Shown here: one piece after another, positions 57,322 to 64,000 of the stretch
Layout of the letters: each line of letters opens with the position of its first letter
Numbering within the stretch: the stretch's first letter is position 1
Assembly: GCA_964016885.1 (NCBI GenBank)
Contig: OZ024740.1
Location: 63,612,001-63,676,000, forward strand
DNA: 64,000 nt
Source of the DNA: Eledone cirrhosa
Lineage: Eukaryota
Direction: 5' to 3'
Notes under the pieces: generated by a model
What the model saw: the letters and a program-made list of their open reading frames with translations, nothing else
Database searches by the model: none
Told to the model about the DNA's origin: nothing
Translations under genes and position numbers: made by a program

Positions 57322-57978
57322 CCATGAATAATCGGATGTCACACGGAATATAAATAAATAATTGTTTCTACTTTTTGGCACAAGGCCAGCAATTACCCAG
57401 TACATTACTGGTACTTTATTAATATATAAATAAATAATACACACATTACATAAACACATACATACATACATGCGTACATGCATACATACATGCATACATA
57501 CATACATACATACATACATACATACATACATACATACATACATACATACATACATACATACATACATAACATTACATTACATTACATTACATTACATACA
57601 TACAGAACAAATCCACACATGCAATACCACACACACAATCAAATACAGACATACATACGCATATACCTCGTTGGTATTGATTCCAATGAATGACTCTTGT
57701 TTCTATATTAGAACTGGCTCTCTATCTCTTGGGAAATTTTATTAAATAATTGTTTCTACTTTTGGCACAAGGCCAGCAATTATCCCAGTGTATTACTGTT
57801 ACTTTATTTTATCGACCACGTAAATTTTATAAAATAATAAACCAGAAAAACACACATACTTATACACATATTTAGATATACACATAGTTAAAGGATGGCC
57901 ACCTGTATCCGAGAAAGATTATTGCTGACTGTTAAAAACAACGAACTTTCGACAGTGTGCTCTTACAATCGTCTAGAC

Positions 57979-58863
57979 GAGCGGTTCCCAACCTTTTATA
58001 ATAAATTCCACCTTAATGATATAGCAAAACAGTATGGCACCACAAAAAAATTTAAATTTTTGATATAATTTTTTTATGTAGAAATAATTTCGGCATGTCT
58101 TTGTATTTCAATCAAATCATTTTAAATTTATTATAAACCCTTTTTCGACAAAAAACATTAAAATAAGAACATATTATTTAATTTCAAAATACAAATTAAT
58201 TAGATTTCTGATTTCCTTTTAAAAAAAGATTCATCTTTTCCAAGTAGTTCAGGGTGACATTTTGAAAGATGTAATTTGAGCTTAGAAGGCCTCACAGAGT
58301 CATTTCCCAGTACCTTGAAACAAGTTACACATTGAGCAAATCAATATTGTTCTTTTGCATGCAAACATCACAAAATCCCATTTGAAGATATGTATCATCA
58401 TACTTTCTTTTTTTCTGTTTTTCTGACATTGAGAAATTCACTAAAATAAATTAAAAAAGAGTTTCTATATCCAGTTTTAAATGATAAATTTACTAAAATA
58501 AATAATGAAAAGTACTTCAAAATAGTCAAAGTAATTTTGTCAATGAGAAATTTAATAAAATAAATAATATATATCCTGTTATAAAAATAAGTTTCTTTAC
58601 TAAGTTTATTTACTAAAACATAAATTGTTATATCCAGATTTAAATAATTATCAAGTGAAGTAAAATCATAATTAGCAAAGGTAGAAAGTTGACAAAAAGT
58701 TGAATATTAAAAATTTGAAGCAAGAAAAAGAAAAAAATTATGTTAGGAAACTACTCTTCTTTTTATGTATGAAATTTTGTGATTTTTAGTTAATTCCCGT
58801 GGCTCCCCCAATAACTTGCTATGGCCCACTGGTGGGCCATGGCCCCCTGGTTGGGAACCAATG
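57979..58863. mobile_element. hAT (Charlie-like) non-autonomous DNA transposon
   Basis: TIRs GAGCGGTTCCCAACC and GGTTGGGAACCAATG; perfect 8-bp TSD GTCTAGAC at 57971-57978 and 58864-58871. Confidence 0.88.
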
Positions 58864-59434
58864 GTCTAGACTCATAGATGCCTTTGGCGGCCTTTACAAA
58901 TTAACAAATGTCTAAATCAATATGTGTACATCAATATATAAAAGTGCATTCTGGTGCATAGCTCTGGGTCTTTTTAATCCATCATAGATTTGTATACATT
59001 TCAACGTGTGCTACATGTTATACATTCTAGTCATGAACTTACTGTAGTCACCATTCCATCTGAACTTATGTCTTTGTTGATAATTTCTGATAATCATTGG
59101 AAAGACATATACAATGAGAAACTCTTTTCAAATACAAAACAAAAACGAAAACAATACGTTCTTCCTTAACTGGATGAGTGTGTGGATTACACATGACAAT
59201 GATAGACGCCACTCTGCTCCATATAGTTCTGTTATGTCGTTTATTTGTGACTTCAGTGTGTTGATGATTAAAGCTTTAATCATCAGGCCACAGAAGCTTT
59301 TGAAAAGTGGCTACTGAAATATGTTGAAATATATTGGTTACAAAACATTCATTTGATTTGTTTTATTTGTAATTCTTTGCTCTTTATATATTTCTACCGC
59401 ATTGTACAGGATTTCTGGAGTACTCATCAATCAA

Positions 59435-59604
<170 letters not shown>

Positions 59605-59634
59605 TACATATATATATATATATATATATATGTA

Positions 59635-59746
<112 letters not shown>

Positions 59747-59770
59747 TACATATATATATATATATATATA

Positions 59771-61113
59771 TATTGTTATACTTTGGGAAGGTCATGTTGC
59801 CAATAAGAAACACACGTACCAGTTGCTTTCACTTCAATTTATTATAATAAATTTATAAATTTAGGAATTTATAAATTTCCGGTTGGTTGGTTTCACAACC
59901 AGATGACTGTTTATATATTGTCAAAGTTCTTTCATCATACATTCGGTGACCTCTTCAGTGACTGAGGATTCTTTTCATTGTTTTTTTTTTGGTTTTTGTG
60001 CCTCGCTTTTATTCTGTCCTACGCCATCTTGTTTTTGTGAGTGTTGTGTGCTTAGTTTGCGCATATGCTACATCCGGCTGTCTGTGTGTGTTTATATTCG
60101 TTTATTTATTTGTTTATTTACATGTTACTGGTTGGTTGTTTGTTCTATGTGCGTGTGTGTTTTCATTTTGTCCTCAATTGTGGGTTGTGATGTTGCTATT
60201 CCATTCATGTTTTCTATTTAATTTTGATTGGAGTTCATTTATGTTTATTGCCTCTGTGATTTGTCTAAACATTGCGTCTTTTCTGTGTGTAGATTCTATT
60301 TTTATTTCTATGTTCTCTAATTTACCCTTATGTTCTATTTTAGCATGTTGGTAGAGCACAGACGACTCCCCACCATCCCGAAGGTCTCGCCAGCTCCCAT
60401 CCATCCGTTCCCCCACACCACGAGCCGTCCCACCCATGCACACCACACTCTCATCTCCACACCGTCCCCCAGTACATCCCACGCCATATACTACATCTCC
60501 AGCCTTACAGCCAACATGGGGGCCCAATTTACAGACCACACACCTCCCATCCATACAGGGAGGTCCGCGAAAAGGGCATGCACCGCAAACAAGTGCCCCC
60601 ATGGAGGCACCCGGTCCCTCCACTATCCCAACATTGAGTCCATGTCCATCCAGGGCCCCTCCAAATCTGTAAGCCAACTCATCCCCAGGGGCTGCATCGA
60701 CGAACACCATACTCTGGACAAAATGAAAACACACACGCACATAGAACAAACAACCAACCAGTAACATGTAAATAAACAAATAAATAAACAAATATAAACA
60801 CACGTAGACACCCGGATGTAACACATGCTCAAACTAAGCACACAACACACACAAAAACGATATGGCGTAGGACAGAATAAAGGAGAGGCACAAAAACAAA
60901 AAACAAAGAAAAGAATCCCCAGTCACTGAAGAGGTCACAGAATGTATGACGAAAGAACTTTGACAATATATAAACAATCATCTGGTTGTGAAACCAACCA
61001 ACCGGAAATTTATAAATTCGTAAATTTATAAATTTATTATAATAAATTGAAGTGAAATCACCTGGTGCGTGTGTTTCTTATTGGCAACATGACCCTCCCA
61101 AAGTATAACAATA
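59771..61113 (-). mobile_element. Penelope-like element with inverted terminal repeats (59771-60173 and 60716-61113) and an A-to-G hypermutated coding segment
   Basis: Same family as 19680-20475; hammerhead motifs at 59920-59962 (-) and 60922-60964 (+, gtca-CTGAAGA-ggtca..tgac-GAAAG-aa-CTT-tgac); inserted in (TA)n. Confidence 0.9.
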
Positions 61114-61211
61114 TCGGTTTCAACACACGTTTTCAGATAAAGAATCTTGCTAAACAAATTCTGAAACGAAATATATATATATATATATATATAGTATATA
61201 TATACACACAC

Positions 61212-61252
<41 letters not shown>

Positions 61253-61678
61253 TACACACACACACACACATATATATATTATATATAATTATACATATAT
61301 ATATATATATATATATATAACGAAGGAAATGTGGTAAGGAACCAGGTGGACCATAACGCACCAAAGTACTCAATACTTGAGGTAGTAGAGTGGGTAATAG
61401 GAACCAGTAAGACCCCGACAGCTGAGCTCAAGCCGTTTCGACGGCTAATTCTGGGAAAAGTCTGGATACGGCGTGGTAGGGTCGGAAAGTGCTCTACTAC
61501 GGGAGTAGGAGCTAGATAACGAAGGAAATGTGGTAGGGAACCAGGTGGACCATAACGCACCAAAGTACTCAATACTTGAGGTAGTAGAGTGGGTAATAGG
61601 AACCAGTAAGACCCCGACAGCTGAGCTCAAGCCGTTTCGAAACGGCTTGAGCTCAGCTGTCGGGGTCTTACTGGTTCC

Positions 61679-61714
<36 letters not shown>

Positions 61715-61727
61715 TATATGTATGTAT

Positions 61728-61826
<99 letters not shown>

Positions 61827-61937
61827 AGAGTTTTTTTATGAGATGTCAACATGAATGGACCTGTTATCTTTTATCTAAATACATTTTTTCGAATTCCACT
61901 GCGCTCGTCCCTTCAATCTATCTCATGTTTCATTCTT

Positions 61938-61976
61938 TCTTCTGATGAAGGACTAGCGTCCGAAACAACGTTAAGA
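61938..61976 (+). ncRNA. Type I minimal hammerhead motif
   Basis: tctt-CTGATGA-a-ggac(tagc)gtcc-GAAAC-aac-GTT-aaga. Confidence 0.78.
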
Positions 61977-62125
61977 TCCTCTTCCCGCTATTAACAATCG
62001 TTAACCTAATATATTCCTTCCATATACTGTAACGATTGTGTTGTTATTTCTGTTTACCTGTTACATATATATATATATATTTATTTATTAAAATAACAGA
62101 TTTTAGTCTTCAAATTTATTATTAT

Positions 62126-62156
<31 letters not shown>

Positions 62157-62968
62157 AGTATTGAAATTTCCGTTGGAAACAGAAAAGGTCATAGAAGTGA
62201 AGAGTGCTCTATGTAAGTATCAGAGCAAAATTTAATGTATAAAAATCAATACAATATAATTACTTCATTACCAGAGGTTTCCCGAGTGAGGCGAATACGA
62301 AAGAAACGTCTTCATTCGTTCGTCAGACGAGGCAATATAAAACATGGGTAAATACTGCCCCCTCGTTATCGAGTATGGCCATTGCTCGATATACCATTAT
62401 TAATAATTATTAATTAATGCTATCGAGCAATGCCTGTGCGTGAAGATATTTTTTAAAGTGAGGAAAGACTGTGCACTGAGCCAATCCCAATCTCTGAGCG
62501 ACAGTAGCTATAACCCGAAAAGAAGAAAAGATCAACATCATCGGTAACTACTGAGCCGCAGGTTTTATATCGGAGTTATCCCAGTTTCCTGAGTTGCCTT
62601 CTCCTAGAAGAATGCCCTGACAAAGGCTAGGGGTCCTTCACTCCCAGTGGTTTAACCACGCGATCGGGTGTCCAGCCCGACTATTTCTATGTCCCCTCGC
62701 ATATACATACACATGCACCCATGTATATACACATATACATAAATATGTATATGTGTATATACATATTTGCACACTTTCGGATGGCCGTTGACTCTTGTGA
62801 GTTTTTCCGCCCTTTGTCAGGTTTTGTTTTTTGTCCTACAGGGTAGCCAAAATCACCCTCCTCACCAAGTAAACTTGGTGGAGTTGCCGGTTTTGTCGCC
62901 GACGACCCGACCATGCGATAGGTTGTACTGGGTTACATGTTACCAGTAGCACTCAAGAGTGACCCGAC

Positions 62969-63007
<39 letters not shown>

Positions 63008-63012
<5 letters not shown>

Positions 63013-63287
63013 TAAAAGGAAAAGAAAATGGTGACAAATTTTTCCCAGTGAAAAATAGTTTAATTAGGAATAAGCATAAATTAGTAATAAGTATTGGTTA
63101 GTATTCAGTTTTAGTTTTAAGTTTTTACCGGTTGCGCATTTCTAATGCTTTTCAAAAATAATTTTAAGATAGAGCGCTCGTGATGTTTGATCTAATCTGA
63201 TCAGTTTTGGAAATTCTTCCTATCCCCCACACACGTACACACACATTCCTACTGACCGATTTATTCCCTCTACCACGAACCACTCTG

Positions 63288-63349
<62 letters not shown>

Positions 63350-63880
63350 TTGTCTTAATAGACACCTGAACTGTTGACCTTTCAACATGACTGCAACTCA
63401 CACACACATCCCTACTGACCATTATCACGACAATTAACCTCTTTACTACACACACACACACATATTTGTCTTAATAGACATGTTTTTCAGTGACTTCTCA
63501 ACATGACTGCAACTCAATCAGACGAAAAAGGACACTCTTCGACAAACCTACATTTGGCCCCAAACCAGTTCGCGCTAAAATCAATTTTAACATTCACGTG
63601 ACCTCTACCGACCAACCAAATCTGAATACCTCTGGAGCCACTTTTCTCACATAAAACAGGAAGAATTTCCAAAACTGATCAGAGCGCTCTATCTCAAAAT
63701 TATTTTTGAAAAACATTAGAAATGCGCAACCGGTAAAAACTTAAAACTAAAACTGAATACTAACCAATACTTATTACTAATTTATACTTATTTCCTAATT
63801 AAACTATTTTTCACTGGGAAAAATTTGTCAGCATTTTCTTTTCCTTTTACTAATATATCACAACTCGTGTGTTACACCTC

Positions 63881-63890
<10 letters not shown>
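63008..63890. mobile_element. Fold-back element in (TA)n (arms about 63008-63220 and 63658-63860)
   Basis: Reverse-complement arms; another copy at about 51070-51295; related to 20652-20860 and 44360-44545. Confidence 0.75.
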
Positions 63891-63966
<76 letters not shown>

Positions 63967-64000
63967 CTTACATATATATAAATATATGTTCGGAAAAGAT

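Noticed and set aside
60357-60482. APOBEC editing or CpG decay of the 20 kb copy as the cause of the differences
   Set aside because: The 20 kb copy retains the conserved YIGET..R..EH motif, so it is the ancestral state and the direction is A-to-G on the sense strand; most sites are not CpG.
60174-60824. 216-aa Gly/Cys-rich ORF as a novel protein
   Set aside because: It is hypermutated PLE coding sequence fused to an inverted terminal repeat; the Gly richness follows from A-to-G changes.
63125-63160. Hammerhead-like TTGAAAA-gcat/atgc-GCAAC-cg-GTA (also near 51225 and 63706)
   Set aside because: GCAA replaces the essential GAAA and stem I is weak, so it is not counted as a ribozyme, though it is probably a relative of the 20792 motif.

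Overview
AT-rich, microsatellite-dense animal DNA; the SINE families resemble those of coleoid cephalopods (Octopus-like, inferred). One host gene is supported: a four-coding-exon class A neuropeptide-type GPCR on the + strand (35245-57321). The rest is mobile DNA: a near-full-length decayed L1/Tx1 LINE in an (ATT)n tract, R4/Dong-type RLE retrotransposons flanked by (CATA)n, CRE fragments, two non-autonomous Helitrons, a hAT MITE, many tRNA-derived SINEs, a 31-33 bp G-rich minisatellite and a D-arm-deleted tRNA-Arg copy. Penelope-like element (PLE) remnants sit in (TA)n tracts, often as fold-backs, and carry about 20 type I hammerhead ribozyme motifs, some with a U3:A8 core. The most striking signal is a PLE copy at 60.4-60.7 kb with dense sense-strand A-to-G changes showing ADAR-like neighbour preference, most simply read as a hyper-edited RNA reverse-transcribed back into the genome. 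All alignments and counts were done by eye; element boundaries without target-site duplications (TSDs) are approximate.
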